Positions 20,965 to 31,104 of a stretch of DNA of 64,000 bases are shown here, piece after piece. Positions within the stretch are counted from its first letter, which is position 1. The number at the start of each line of letters is the position of its first letter. The stretch comes from an uncultured bacterium (GTDB lineage: Bacteria; Chloroflexota; UBA5177; JANWHV01): the NCBI GenBank assembly GCA_963827235.1, contig CAWHAE010000017.1, forward strand, positions 128,001-192,000, read 5' to 3'. Both the position numbers and the translations under genes were made by a program. Below the pieces are notes generated by a model, which did no database searches, was not told the DNA's origin, and saw only the letters and a program-made list of their open reading frames with translations.

Positions 20965-21510
20965 TTACGGCAGAGCAGTTTTTGGGCTTCGGGGAGCCAC
21001 GAACAATTCAAACAGCAGTGCCAGCAGCACGACGAGAGCCAGGGCCGCCAGCACCCAGGATCCTATGGCAGCGTAGTCGCCTACCTGTCCCCAACCCCAC
21101 GCTTGCAGCAGTGAGCTTCGAAGCATGGTTCCCTGGAATACTGTCTGCACAAGAGCGGCGGCCGCAGCATCCTTCGGGTGTGCTCTCGCATAGCTGCTCG
21201 CCTCATCATACGTCTTACCCATATGCCGAAGGTGCACGCCAATATAATGATCGGCAAACGCCTCGGCCTGTGCACCCGTGGTCATCGGCTGGCCTTCGTA
21301 CGGTGCGAGCGCTGCAACATCGGCCGGGTCCGTTACACCCGAGCCTTTCATAGCGGCAGCCGTAGGCATGGTGATTTTCTGCGCGCTCAACTGATCGGAG
21401 AGATTCTTGTGATCATAGTCGGCTGCCGCGTGAACGACGATAGTCATGACGACAAGGCCAATAAAGAGCGCCGATAAGAGAACGAGTACTCTCCAACGCA
21501 TCGCTTTCAT
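20965..21510 (-). CDS. Hypothetical two-TM membrane protein
   Basis: LSAQKITMP, QAEAFADHYIGVHL and FQGTMLRSSLL segments between two TM helices; AGGAG RBS. Confidence 0.7.
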   Translation of the reverse strand: MKAMRWRVLVLLSALFIGLVVMTIVVHAAADYDHKNLSDQLSAQKITMPTAAAMKGSGVTDPADVAALAPYEGQPMTTGAQAEAFADHYIGVHLRHMGKTYDEASSYARAHPKDAAAAALVQTVFQGTMLRSSLLQAWGWGQVGDYAAIGSWVLAALALVVLLALLFELFVAPRSPKTALP

Positions 21511-22732
21511 CTCCTGATACTAAAGTAGTCCAAATGGAACACCGTAACCGTCCAGTGGATCGTCGCAAGATGCCGCCATTCCAGTTAACCGGGGCACCCC
21601 TCCGGACTCATACACCTATTAGTCTCTCGCACACTACTGACTTCGCGGCGCCGCCTGCCTGGCCAGCCAGATGAGTCGGAACGCCGCGCCTGTCGCGGAT
21701 GGACTGCTATGCCGGGCCGTGCCTGCGTTCGCTGGAGCGTGATGTCGGCTCCGTGCCTCGGCACTCTCGGCTCATGACCTCGCCGTCCTGGGCGGCGGAC
21801 ATCGCGATCATCGTGCGGGCGGTCGAGGTATCGTCCGGTACCACGAAGCCGGTGCCGCCGGCTCGGTAATCAACGGGGTGCCCGCTCCCTCGCAATATGC
21901 GCGCCCCCGCGGCTGCTGTCAAGAACTTGCTTAATCTACCCTATCTATTGTGGGACACTGCAGCTGTTTCCCGCATGTTTACCTTAGGATCTTCTCGGAA
22001 ATGGACTGGTGGTCTGCGGTTCACGCCGGACAAAGAAGGCGACGTCGTTGACCGTCGGAATCGCTCGCGTGCTGTGCCTGACCTAAAGTAGGCGACATCG
22101 TTGGCATGGCTGCCCAGACACCGTCATCGCATTGGCACCGGATTTAGCTGCTCAGCAAGATACGTGCGGAGCAGTGCGGTGAGTCCAGGCACGGCATGCC
22201 CAGCACCAGGACGCGCGTATCATGGTTCTGCCCGGCATTGCAGAGCGGCCCAGCACGCCAAGAACTAGCCAATAGTGAAGCGCGTTTGCGCAACTTGCTC
22301 GCCGCCGACGATGAGCGAAGCCGTGTAGCTGCCAGGTGGAAAGCTGGCTGGATACTTGGGCGTGTAGAGGTTAGGTGTTTGGCCCCAGTACGCATAGACC
22401 GAACTTGATGGGACCAGTATCCGCGACCTGTGCTGTAGACGCATTCCGCACCAGCACATGGGAGGTAGCGTCAGGTTTCGCGCCGGTATAGAGCACGAGA
22501 GCCGTCTGGGCGAGCGCAAGGACGGCGAGCGGACGGATCTGCTGTGGACCAGGCTCGGCTGGCGAACAACAGAGCATACCTCGGCAGTCAGGTGCCCCGT
22601 GGGCCCAAAGCACGCCTGACGCCAGCCATATTGGCGCGTTCAGCATTCACGACATCGGCACACTGATCACATCGCGGCTGGATGGGCAGCGGCCTGAAAC
22701 CCTGCTGCGCCAGGGCGCACCCTCAGCCGCTA

Positions 22733-23479
22733 TTAGCACGTGCCGCCGTTGACCCGGATGGTCTGCCCGGTGATCCAGCGGGCCTCCTCGCTGGCCAGAA
22801 AGGTCACCACCTCGGCAATGTCGTCGGGCCGACCGAGCCGCCCGAAGGCGGACATGCGCTCGAAGCTGGCGATCAACGCGTCGCTCTTCCCCGCGTGGAA
22901 CAGCTCCGTTTCCGTGGCCCCGGGGGAAACGGCGTTCACCGTGATGTTCTTCGGGCCAAGCTCCTTCGAGAGCACGCGCGTCAGTTGCTCCACTGCCCCC
23001 TTCGTCGCATCGTACGTGCCGTAGCCGGGCAGCATCAGGCCGGTGGTGGCGCTGGATAGGTTAATGATCCGTCCCCCCTGGGAAAGCAGGCGCGCAGCCA
23101 GTTGGCAGGCGAAGAACGTGCCCTTGACGTTGACCGCGAAGATGGTGTCGAACTCGGCCTCCGACACCTCGGCGACCGGCTTGTTGAAGGTCCAGGCCGC
23201 GTTGTTGACCAGGATATCCAGCCGCCCGTACCGCTCCTGCGTGCGGGCAAACAGCACCGCGAGCTGATCCAGCTTGCTGATGTCCGCCTGGACGGGAAAC
23301 GCGTTGCCCCCGCTCGCGACGACAGCGCTCGCTACCTCCTGAGCCTGGTCCGGTGTATCGAGGTGGTTGATGGCCACCGAGGCACCCTCGGCACCCAGGC
23401 CCAGAGCGATGGCTTTGCCGATGCCGGTCGCCGCACCCGTTACGATAGCCACTTTCCCTTGCAATCGTGCGCCGCTCAT
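22733..23479 (-). CDS. SDR family oxidoreductase
   Basis: TGAATGIG, NNA, YxxxK (YDATK), VNAVSPG. Confidence 0.93.
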   Translation of the reverse strand: MSGARLQGKVAIVTGAATGIGKAIALGLGAEGASVAINHLDTPDQAQEVASAVVASGGNAFPVQADISKLDQLAVLFARTQERYGRLDILVNNAAWTFNKPVAEVSEAEFDTIFAVNVKGTFFACQLAARLLSQGGRIINLSSATTGLMLPGYGTYDATKGAVEQLTRVLSKELGPKNITVNAVSPGATETELFHAGKSDALIASFERMSAFGRLGRPDDIAEVVTFLASEEARWITGQTIRVNGGTC

Positions 23480-23633
23480 CTCCGTGGCCTCCCGTACCCA
23501 TGGCTGGCCGCCTCAGCCGGCCCAGTCGAACCAGTAGTCCAGCGTGATCTCGGCGCGCTGACCGAGCTGGGCGGTACGTGAGGGCCATGCACCACCCGAC
23601 CGATCAGCAGCGGATAGCGGGAGCGCCCGCAGC

Positions 23634-23978
23634 CTAGCCCGGCTGTGAGTCGATCACGAGATCAGGGAGTGGACCAGGCATTGGCTGGGCGAGGTCAAGC
23701 CCGTGGATCTCCAGCACTTGCGTTCGGAACCACTGGGTAAAAGGATCGGCCGAGGCACCAAACTGGCTTACTGCACTCGCCGGATCCGCACCATCGACCG
23801 TGACAATAGCCAGATCGCCCTGCGGTGTCGACTGCAAAAAGGATCGCTCGTGCACGCCGAGGCGCTGCCGTGAGGCCACGTATTCGGCGCGGCGCGATCC
23901 TTGCAATTCGGCGGCAAAGCGCCGCCACTGCTCGGTCTTGCCCGGGAGAATTGGGATTGCCATCGCCAGCAAAGCCAT
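23634..23978 (-). CDS. Small conserved hypothetical protein (dimeric alpha/beta barrel-like)
   Basis: PILPGKTEQWRRF...ERSFLQ...DPFTQWF...HGLDL; AGGAGA RBS. Confidence 0.7.
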   Translation of the reverse strand: MALLAMAIPILPGKTEQWRRFAAELQGSRRAEYVASRQRLGVHERSFLQSTPQGDLAIVTVDGADPASAVSQFGASADPFTQWFRTQVLEIHGLDLAQPMPGPLPDLVIDSQPG

Positions 23979-24227
23979 GCTCGGTCTCCTTCCATCACAA
24001 GTGGTGGCTGTACATCTGTTCTTCAGGTGCAGCATACGGCTGGCCAAGCGTGACACCCACACATGTTGGATCGTACATCGCGGCACCATAACATGCCGGG
24101 AGTCCGCCGGTGTGCGCCGCCGGGCTCTCGGGTTGGCTGGCAGGGACAGATGGGGACTCAGGCCACTTGCCGGTGGTGCGCAGGTAGAGTGGAAGAGCGC
24201 TTCTGGTGGCGGCGTACGCGATCGGCG

Positions 24228-24607
24228 ATGCATGCGCGCGCTGACTTGGATTCGCAGCACCACGTGGGGACAATCGCCCGGCGGGTTGTCGGAGGCTTCC
24301 TTGAGCACCTGGGGCGTGCGGTGCACGAAGGGACATATAACCCAGGAAATGCACTGAGCGACGATCAAGGGTTTCGGCAGGACGTGCCGGAGACGCTGCG
24401 CGTGTTGCGTATGCCGCTTGTGCGATATCCGGGTGGGAACTTCGTCAGCAGCTATGACTGGACGGATGAGATAGGACCGCGAGAACTGCGCCCAGTGCTG
24501 CCAGACTGACTTGACGAGCTTCCTGCGACACGCGGACACGGTGAAGTTCGCTTGCATCGCCCAGATTGTGACCGCGATCTCACCGATCCACACATGGCGT
24601 GACGGGC
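24228..24607 (+). pseudogene. abfA: GH51 alpha-L-arabinofuranosidase, N-terminal remnant with internal deletion
   Basis: FLEHLGRAVHEG and RYPGGNFVSSYDW, stop at 24507-24509, then the out-of-frame segment LTSFLRHADTVKFACIAQ. Confidence 0.85.
24509..24607 (+). repeat. 99-bp direct repeat, copy 1
   Basis: Matches 58536-58634 with 4 mismatches by manual alignment. Confidence 0.93.
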
Positions 24608-24751
24608 CAGCGCCCGAGGTCTGCGTGCACCGCTGGCCCTGAGGCGCGCCATGGCCATGCTGGTGCGCGGTTAACATGTGGTGGTAAACGCCGCCGCCGG
24701 CCGGCAGTCACCAGCGTGCCGCGTAAGGGCAAGGAGTGACCCATCAAGCTT

Positions 24752-24930
24752 GTGTTCTTCGGCTGGTGGATCGAGGAGCCGGCCTTCGCTCCGTATCTAC
24801 AGCGGTTTGCCGGTTACTACTACAATCATGCGGTCCACAGACAGCGGGGCGTCGCCATAAACTGCAAGTTCAGCGCCTTCGCCGAAGGGACGGCGGTGCT
24901 CGACGTCGAGCGCGGGCAGTTGGACTCGGT
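24752..24930 (+). pseudogene. GH29 alpha-L-fucosidase internal remnant
   Basis: WWIEEPAF...YYYN...VAINCK...AVLDVERG; no intact N- or C-terminus. Confidence 0.7.
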
Positions 24931-25118
24931 AACTACTCTCTTGCTCCTTTGCGGCTCCGGCAAGTTGGGCGGCCCGAGTATTGCGCTCTGGGTTCGTCGC
25001 GGTTGCACTGGGGACCCGGTCACGGCCGATACGGCGCACACGCTCTCGAGACGTCCCGCGCCGGCGTGACGGACGACTGGAGTGGCCGACCCGAAGAGAG
25101 GGGTGGAGCTGTAGGAGG

Positions 25119-26204
25119 CTACGGATCGGCGCGAGCCAGGTCGCGACGTGCCAACTCCGACAGCGCCAAGCCGAGACCCGGCCGATCCGGCGCGAGGGCG
25201 TAGCCCTGCTCGAAGCGGACCGGCTCAACCACAAGTGCGTCGTAGCTCTGGAATGAGTATTCCAGCCAGGCAGTCTCCGGGAGCGCTGCCGCCAGGTGCA
25301 CGCCAAGTTCGAACATGGTGTTGCCGAGCGATACGCCGATGCCGTAGTCGGCCGCCAGCCACGCCGCGCGCCAGGAATCCGAGATGCCGCCGTGCACGTT
25401 CAAGATGTCGACGGCGCGCCGCTCGAGCAGTATCCGCTTCCCGTGCAGGTCAAGATACTCGCCGGCGTTGATATTCGAGTACGGCACCTCGCGGGCCACC
25501 AGCGCCAGGCCGTCGAAGTCATCGCGCAGGCACGGGTCCTCGATCCAGTAGATCGGTATCCCCGCATCGCGGAACAGGCTGGCGCGTCGAATTGCTTCCT
25601 TCGGCGACCACGCCTCGTTGGCATCGACCATCAGCACAGCGTCGTCGCCCACGACCTCCCGCACGGCACGCAGGCGCTCGAGGTCGCGGGCCGGGTCAGA
25701 GTGCCCGACCTTCAGCTTGAACGCGGTGAAGCCCCGCGCTTTGGCCCCGCTGAAGAACGCCAGCACCTGTTCAAGTGACAGGTGGTATTCGAGCCCACTG
25801 GCGTACGCGCGCACGCGGTTGCAGGTGCCGCCGAGCAGCCGATACAGGGGCAAGCCTACCTCTTTGGCGTGCAGGTCCCAGGCCGCCTGATCGACCGCCT
25901 GCCCGAAGAGCGAGGCGCGCAGGTTGCCGCCACGTGGGCGAGCCAGGCGATGCGCCAGCGCGGCCGCGGGCTGCCCGCGCAGCCCCGGCCAGATCTCTGT
26001 GTCGAAGACGCGCCGCAGCTCGGACAAGGGCGGCAAAGCAAACTGCAGGGCGCCGAAGAAGCCCAGACCGATCAGCCCACCCGAGGCAAGGAGCTCCAGG
26101 GCACCAATATGGTGGGTGTCGACACGTATCTGCGAGTCTCCGACCACCCGCTCGCGTGGGAATTGGAATCGGGTGATGCGATAGTCCTCGATCACCACCG
26201 CCAT
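25119..26204 (-). CDS. Mandelate racemase/muconate lactonizing (enolase superfamily) enzyme, probable sugar-acid dehydratase
   Basis: DQAAWDL, FKLKVG, MVDANE, WIEDP, AGEY; AAGGAGG RBS. Confidence 0.88.
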   Translation of the reverse strand: MAVVIEDYRITRFQFPRERVVGDSQIRVDTHHIGALELLASGGLIGLGFFGALQFALPPLSELRRVFDTEIWPGLRGQPAAALAHRLARPRGGNLRASLFGQAVDQAAWDLHAKEVGLPLYRLLGGTCNRVRAYASGLEYHLSLEQVLAFFSGAKARGFTAFKLKVGHSDPARDLERLRAVREVVGDDAVLMVDANEAWSPKEAIRRASLFRDAGIPIYWIEDPCLRDDFDGLALVAREVPYSNINAGEYLDLHGKRILLERRAVDILNVHGGISDSWRAAWLAADYGIGVSLGNTMFELGVHLAAALPETAWLEYSFQSYDALVVEPVRFEQGYALAPDRPGLGLALSELARRDLARADP

Positions 26205-26316
26205 CGCACTGCCCTCCTTGTACTGGTCGCCTTGGTTGCCACGCACGATGCCCAAGGCGTTTCTACATATCCCTACGGCCTCACGGTGCGTCAGACCGTC
26301 CTCGCACTCGCTACTC

Positions 26317-27366
26317 TCAGCTCGTGCCCGTGAGGAGGCCGAGAGCCGCACCACAGGAGCGACGGACGACGAGCTTGGTTGGCACAAGCTGGATGATGGG
26401 CTGCAGATCGGGCGCGTGAATGCGCTCAATCAATCTGCGGGCCGCAAGTACGCCGATCAGGTCCTTCGGTGCTGTCACCGTAGTGAGGGCGGGATCGAGG
26501 TCTTGGGCCAGGGGGTCGTCGTTGAATCCGACGATGGCAAGGTCCTCGGGCAAGCGGAGGCCAAGCTCCTTGGCCGCACGGATCACGCCAACGGCGATCG
26601 GGTCGCAGGCACAAACCGCAGCATCGATTTCAGTGTGCCGTTGTGTGAGCAGGTCCAGCGCGATAGGGTACGCCCCGTCGGTAGTCCACGGCGTTATGGG
26701 GCAGTTCTCTGGAGAAGCGGTAAGCCCGTGCGATGCAAGGCGCTGGTAGAACGCCTCCGGCCGCTCATCGCGCGTCACCGCCGGTCCGAGATAGGCAAAC
26801 CGGCGCCTACCCAAGCCCACCAGGTGATCGGCCACCTGGTACATGGCACGGCGCTTCTCCATACCGATGTAGTCGTAGCGCAGGTCTCCGTCGACCCAGA
26901 CGCCATCACCGAAGTCAATGGTGACGCTCCGGTCCGCTCCAATGTCGTTCTCAAACGGCCGGGTGCCGCCGGCGAAAATGAGCCCATCCACGTGTTTTCT
27001 GTTCACCAACTGCCGCTTGTGCTCATACTGCAGGTCGTTGACGGTGAACGAGAACAGCAGGTGATAGCGATGGCGGACCAACTCCTGCTCTATGCCCGCC
27101 AGTACCCGCATCCAGAACGGCGCGGCATAGAGGTCGTGATCATTATCGAGGATGAGGCCCACACAGCGCGTAGTCTCGCCATTGAGCTCGCTACGGCTCT
27201 CCTTCGCCGTTGCCGGCACCTCGTAGCCGAGCTCCCGTACGGCTGCCCACACGCGATCGCGCGTCTCCCGCGCCACCTGAAAGGTGCCTCTAGCGCGCAG
27301 CGCCCGCGACGCAGTCGCGAGCGAGACTCCAGCCGAATCGGCGACGTCGCGCAACTTGACGGCCAT
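26317..27366 (-). CDS. LacI family transcriptional regulator
   Basis: LRDVADSAGVSLATASRAL; PEDLAIVGFND; LVVRRSC. Confidence 0.92.
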   Translation of the reverse strand: MAVKLRDVADSAGVSLATASRALRARGTFQVARETRDRVWAAVRELGYEVPATAKESRSELNGETTRCVGLILDNDHDLYAAPFWMRVLAGIEQELVRHRYHLLFSFTVNDLQYEHKRQLVNRKHVDGLIFAGGTRPFENDIGADRSVTIDFGDGVWVDGDLRYDYIGMEKRRAMYQVADHLVGLGRRRFAYLGPAVTRDERPEAFYQRLASHGLTASPENCPITPWTTDGAYPIALDLLTQRHTEIDAAVCACDPIAVGVIRAAKELGLRLPEDLAIVGFNDDPLAQDLDPALTTVTAPKDLIGVLAARRLIERIHAPDLQPIIQLVPTKLVVRRSCGAALGLLTGTS

Positions 27367-27566
27367 CTCGTTTCACCTCAACTTGCTGAAAATCCTACGC
27401 AGCTGTTCAGAATCCTACGCTACAGCCCCGCAAATGGCAATAGCTGGCCTGGCCATGTCCCGCTGAAGCCAGCCGGAGCCCGCCCAGCAGAGCGTGGCCC
27501 GCTCGATCAACATGTGGGCTGGCCTGCGTCCTTTGCGGCATGAAGAACCTCATTGCAGAAAATAGA

Positions 27567-27595
27567 TTGACATTCCGTTTCAGAAGGATTAGAAT
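27567..27595 (+). promoter_or_regulatory. Sigma-70 promoter for the ABC-GH31 operon
   Basis: TTGACA-17 bp-TAGAAT. Confidence 0.7.
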
Positions 27596-27815
27596 GCTGT
27601 CCGCGTGACCGATTACCGAGCGAGCGGCCGAATCTGCATCGCGGAGTGCCATCATGCTAGCGTTGCTCCAGCGCAATCTCGGGGCAGAAAGGAGGTGTCT
27701 CCCGGCTGTACTCGAGGCTTGCTCACTTCCAATGCCTCAATAATACTCGCTCCCACCTGCAGACCATGTTTTCAGCGTAGACGCCTCGCCTGGCGTAGAA
27801 TGTAGGTCCGGAATC

Positions 27816-29129
27816 ATGGGAATTGACAGCCGGTTGGTGCATCGCATCGGCGCCGCAATCGCGGCACTAGTATTGGTGGGCTCCGCATTCGCCCCGATGC
27901 CCACGCACGCAACTCAGGCCCAGGACACGCCAACCGTCACAGTGTGGACCGACGCGGTCCGCTTGCCCGGTTTTCAGCTGTATCAGAAAACGCACCCCAA
28001 TGTGCATGTGGTCATCCACAGCTACATCGGCAACAACCTGATGACGAACGTTGCGCTGTGGAACCGCGCGGGCAGCGGTTGGCCCGACGTGGTCTTTGAC
28101 CAGAATCCCCAGGAAGTCGCCAACCTGAGCACTACGCAACTGCACTATACCGCCGACCTGACCAACCTGGTCCCCAAGGCGACCCTCAAGAACTTCGCGC
28201 AGACCCCGCTCAACCAGTGCGTCTTCGGCGGCAAGCTCTACTGCCTGCGCAACGATATTGCACCCAACGTGCTGTGGTACAACGCCAAACTGATGAAGCA
28301 GTTCGGCTACGCCGTGCCCACGACTTGGGAGCAGTACCAGGCGATTGGCCTCAAGGTGGCCAAGGAACACCCGGGCTACATCATCGGCTCCTTCGGCGAC
28401 AAGTTCGGTATGTGGGCCTACCTGTGGCCCGCCGGCTGCCCGCTCAACCAGATCACTGCCGTTGACACGGTGCGCATCAACACCTCGCTGCCGGTCTGCA
28501 CGAAGATGGCCCAGCTGCTGGATCCGTTGGTCGCCAACGGCAGCATGTCGACCCTGCAGCCGTTTGACCCGGCTTTCGTCAAGATCGGCGCGGCGGACAA
28601 GATCCTGATGTTCGTGGGCGCTGCCTGGTTCGGCGAGGGTATGTTCAACTCCAAGGCCAATTACAACACCCCGAAGGGCGAGATGGCGGCCGCGGCGCCG
28701 CTCAAGTGGGCTGCGGACAAAGTGGCGTACACCGGCGCCGAGGGTGGTGGCGCGTATTTCGTGTCGAGCCATGCCCAGAATATGCAGGCGGCAGTCGATG
28801 TCGCCGTCTGGATGGCCACCAGCACCCAATACCAGGGCAACAGCACCATAGACCCGGGCCTGCCTGCCTACCTGCCCGATGAGCCCCTCTGGCTGGCCGC
28901 GGTAGCCAAGGATCCGTTCTTCGCCTCTAACCCGACCCCCGTGCTCATGGCGGCTGCCAAGCAGATCGGGCCCACCTGGGGCTACGTGCGCTTCGACACC
29001 GAGACCACGTTCAACAACACCGTCATACCGCCGATCAAGTCGGGGAAAACGATCGAGTCCACCTTCGCTGCACTGCAGTCCCAGCTCACGCAGCTGGCAA
29101 AGACTGACGGTTACACGGTAACCCAGTAG
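27816..29129 (+). CDS. Sugar ABC transporter substrate-binding protein
   Basis: Signal peptide; WPDVVF, LWYNAKL, VPTTWEQY. Confidence 0.9.
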   Translation: MGIDSRLVHRIGAAIAALVLVGSAFAPMPTHATQAQDTPTVTVWTDAVRLPGFQLYQKTHPNVHVVIHSYIGNNLMTNVALWNRAGSGWPDVVFDQNPQEVANLSTTQLHYTADLTNLVPKATLKNFAQTPLNQCVFGGKLYCLRNDIAPNVLWYNAKLMKQFGYAVPTTWEQYQAIGLKVAKEHPGYIIGSFGDKFGMWAYLWPAGCPLNQITAVDTVRINTSLPVCTKMAQLLDPLVANGSMSTLQPFDPAFVKIGAADKILMFVGAAWFGEGMFNSKANYNTPKGEMAAAAPLKWAADKVAYTGAEGGGAYFVSSHAQNMQAAVDVAVWMATSTQYQGNSTIDPGLPAYLPDEPLWLAAVAKDPFFASNPTPVLMAAAKQIGPTWGYVRFDTETTFNNTVIPPIKSGKTIESTFAALQSQLTQLAKTDGYTVTQ

Positions 29130-29143
29130 ACACCGTACGTCGG

Positions 29144-29179
29144 GGCGGCGCGCCAGGCTCTGCGGTTTGGCGCGCCGCC
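29144..29179 (+). terminator. Intercistronic stem-loop after the SBP gene (mRNA stabiliser or partial terminator)
   Basis: GGCGGCGCGCCA...TGGCGCGCCGCC stem with no U-tract. Confidence 0.55.
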
Positions 29180-29223
29180 TTGGCCGATAGCCCGGCACGA
29201 CGAGTGCGAAGGAGCACAACGGG

Positions 29224-30129
29224 ATGATCAGTACCGAGCAAAGGCGCCCCCGAGCACACGTTCCGTGGCATGCCTATGCCTTCGTCGCACCGTACGTGCT
29301 GTTCCTGCTGGCTTTCGGCCTTGGCCCCGCGCTCTACGCGGTTTGGCTCAGCGTGACCGACACCACCGTGCCTGGGGTACGCATCACCGGCCTGGCCAAC
29401 TACTCTACCATCTGGAACGACTTCCGGCTTGCCGACGCCGCCAAGAACGTCCTGACGTATATGGCGTACTGCCTGCCCACGCTCATCGTGCTGACGCTGT
29501 TTCTCGCCCTGATGCTGCACGCGCACCCGGGTCGCTTCTCCTCCTCGATGCGCATGATCTACTACCTGCCGGGAGCGGTCACCGGCGCCGCGGCCGCGCT
29601 GGTCTGGCTGTTCATGTTCTCACCGGACGTGAGCCCCTTCTCCTGGCTGCTCAAGGGACTGGGTCTGTCTACGCGCGACGCCGTGCTGACGAACTACCTG
29701 CCTCAGGCCATAGCAGTGATGGTGCTCATGGCCGCAGTGGGCAGCTGGGTCGTGATCATGTACGGCGGGCTCAACAGCATCTCGGTCGAGATGCTCGAGG
29801 CTGCCACGGTGGACGGCTGCAACCGGATCCAGCTCGCGTTGTTCATCAAGCTCCCCAACCTCACCCGCTACATCGTCTTCATCTTCATCGTGAGCTTTGC
29901 CGGCGGCACGCAGCTCTTCGCGGAACCGCAGATCTTGTGGGGAGCCACGCAGCAGCAGGTCAGCCCGGTCTGGTCGCTCAACCAGCTTGCGTACTCCTAC
30001 GCCTTCACTGACGACAACTTCGGCAAGTCGGCCGCGATCTCCGTCGGCCTGCTTGCAGTCGGCATGGTCGCTGCGCTGCTGGTGATTTTCAAGACCAGCT
30101 TCTATCGCATTGACGCGGAAGGGAGCTGA
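29224..30129 (+). CDS. Carbohydrate ABC transporter permease
   Basis: MLEAATVDGC EAA loop; multiple TM helices. Confidence 0.9.
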   Translation: MISTEQRRPRAHVPWHAYAFVAPYVLFLLAFGLGPALYAVWLSVTDTTVPGVRITGLANYSTIWNDFRLADAAKNVLTYMAYCLPTLIVLTLFLALMLHAHPGRFSSSMRMIYYLPGAVTGAAAALVWLFMFSPDVSPFSWLLKGLGLSTRDAVLTNYLPQAIAVMVLMAAVGSWVVIMYGGLNSISVEMLEAATVDGCNRIQLALFIKLPNLTRYIVFIFIVSFAGGTQLFAEPQILWGATQQQVSPVWSLNQLAYSYAFTDDNFGKSAAISVGLLAVGMVAALLVIFKTSFYRIDAEGS

Positions 30130-30131
30130 GT

Positions 30132-31103
30132 GTGATGGTGCAACCATCACCGCGCGGATCCGCCGCGCCCAGCACTACCAGCTCGCTCCCTCTGCCCGGT
30201 CTCGCGCGCCGACACTGGCGACGCCTGAGACCGGCTACGGTGGCACTCACCGGGATCTGGGCCCTCGTCCTGCTGGTATGTGCCGTGTTCTTCGGGCTGC
30301 CGCTGCTCTGGCTGCTGCTGGCCCCGACCAAGACCGACGCGCAGGTCGTCAACTGGAGCCCGATCTCCTTTGGCTCATTCGGCAATATCGGCTCGGCCTG
30401 GTCGAACCTGATGGGCTACAACGACCACGAGATCCTGACCTGGCTGGGGAATTCGCTGCTCTATGCGGGGGGCGCCCTCGTACTCGTGGTTGCCTTGTGC
30501 CTGACGGCGGGCTACGCCCTCGGCACGGTGAAGTTCCGGGGCAGGTCGACGCTCCTCCTGATCACGTTGATCGCCATGATCATGCCGGCTGCAGCCCTGG
30601 TGCTGCCCGTGTTCCTGGAGATCAATGCGGTGCACCTGCAGAACACCGCGTGGTCGGTAATCCTCCCGTCTGCCTTCTATCCCTTCGGCGTCTACCTCGC
30701 CTACATCTACTTCTCTACGCAGCTACCGTCCGAGCTGCTGGCTGCCGGTCGCATCGACGGCTGTTCCGAGGCACGGCTCTTCTGGTCACTGGCACTCCCG
30801 CTCGCCAAGCCGGTCATCGCAATGGTGGCGTTCTTCTCCTTCACGTTCAACTGGCAAAACTTCTACCTGCCGTACGTCATGCTGGCCGACGACACCAAGT
30901 ACCCGCTGACCGTGGGGCTGATGTCGCTGATCCAGTCCACTCCTGCCCTGAATCCTGCCGTCGGCTCGGGCACCGGGCTGAATATCTACCGTCCCGAGAT
31001 TGCCCTTGCCGGGCTCTTCGTGGTGCTGCCAATCGCCATCATCTTCGTGTTCGCGCAGCGTTTCGTGGTGGCGGGAACTCTCTCCGGAGCGGAAAAAGGC
31101 TAG
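30132..31103 (+). CDS. Carbohydrate ABC transporter permease
   Basis: LPSELLAAGRIDGC; C-terminal GTLSGAEKG. Confidence 0.9.
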   Translation: MMVQPSPRGSAAPSTTSSLPLPGLARRHWRRLRPATVALTGIWALVLLVCAVFFGLPLLWLLLAPTKTDAQVVNWSPISFGSFGNIGSAWSNLMGYNDHEILTWLGNSLLYAGGALVLVVALCLTAGYALGTVKFRGRSTLLLITLIAMIMPAAALVLPVFLEINAVHLQNTAWSVILPSAFYPFGVYLAYIYFSTQLPSELLAAGRIDGCSEARLFWSLALPLAKPVIAMVAFFSFTFNWQNFYLPYVMLADDTKYPLTVGLMSLIQSTPALNPAVGSGTGLNIYRPEIALAGLFVVLPIAIIFVFAQRFVVAGTLSGAEKG

Positions 31104-31104
31104 A

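Noticed and set aside
23979-24677. N-terminal part of the 347-aa minus-strand ORF
   Set aside because: Antisense shadow of the GH51 remnant; the real gene starts at 23978 with its own RBS.
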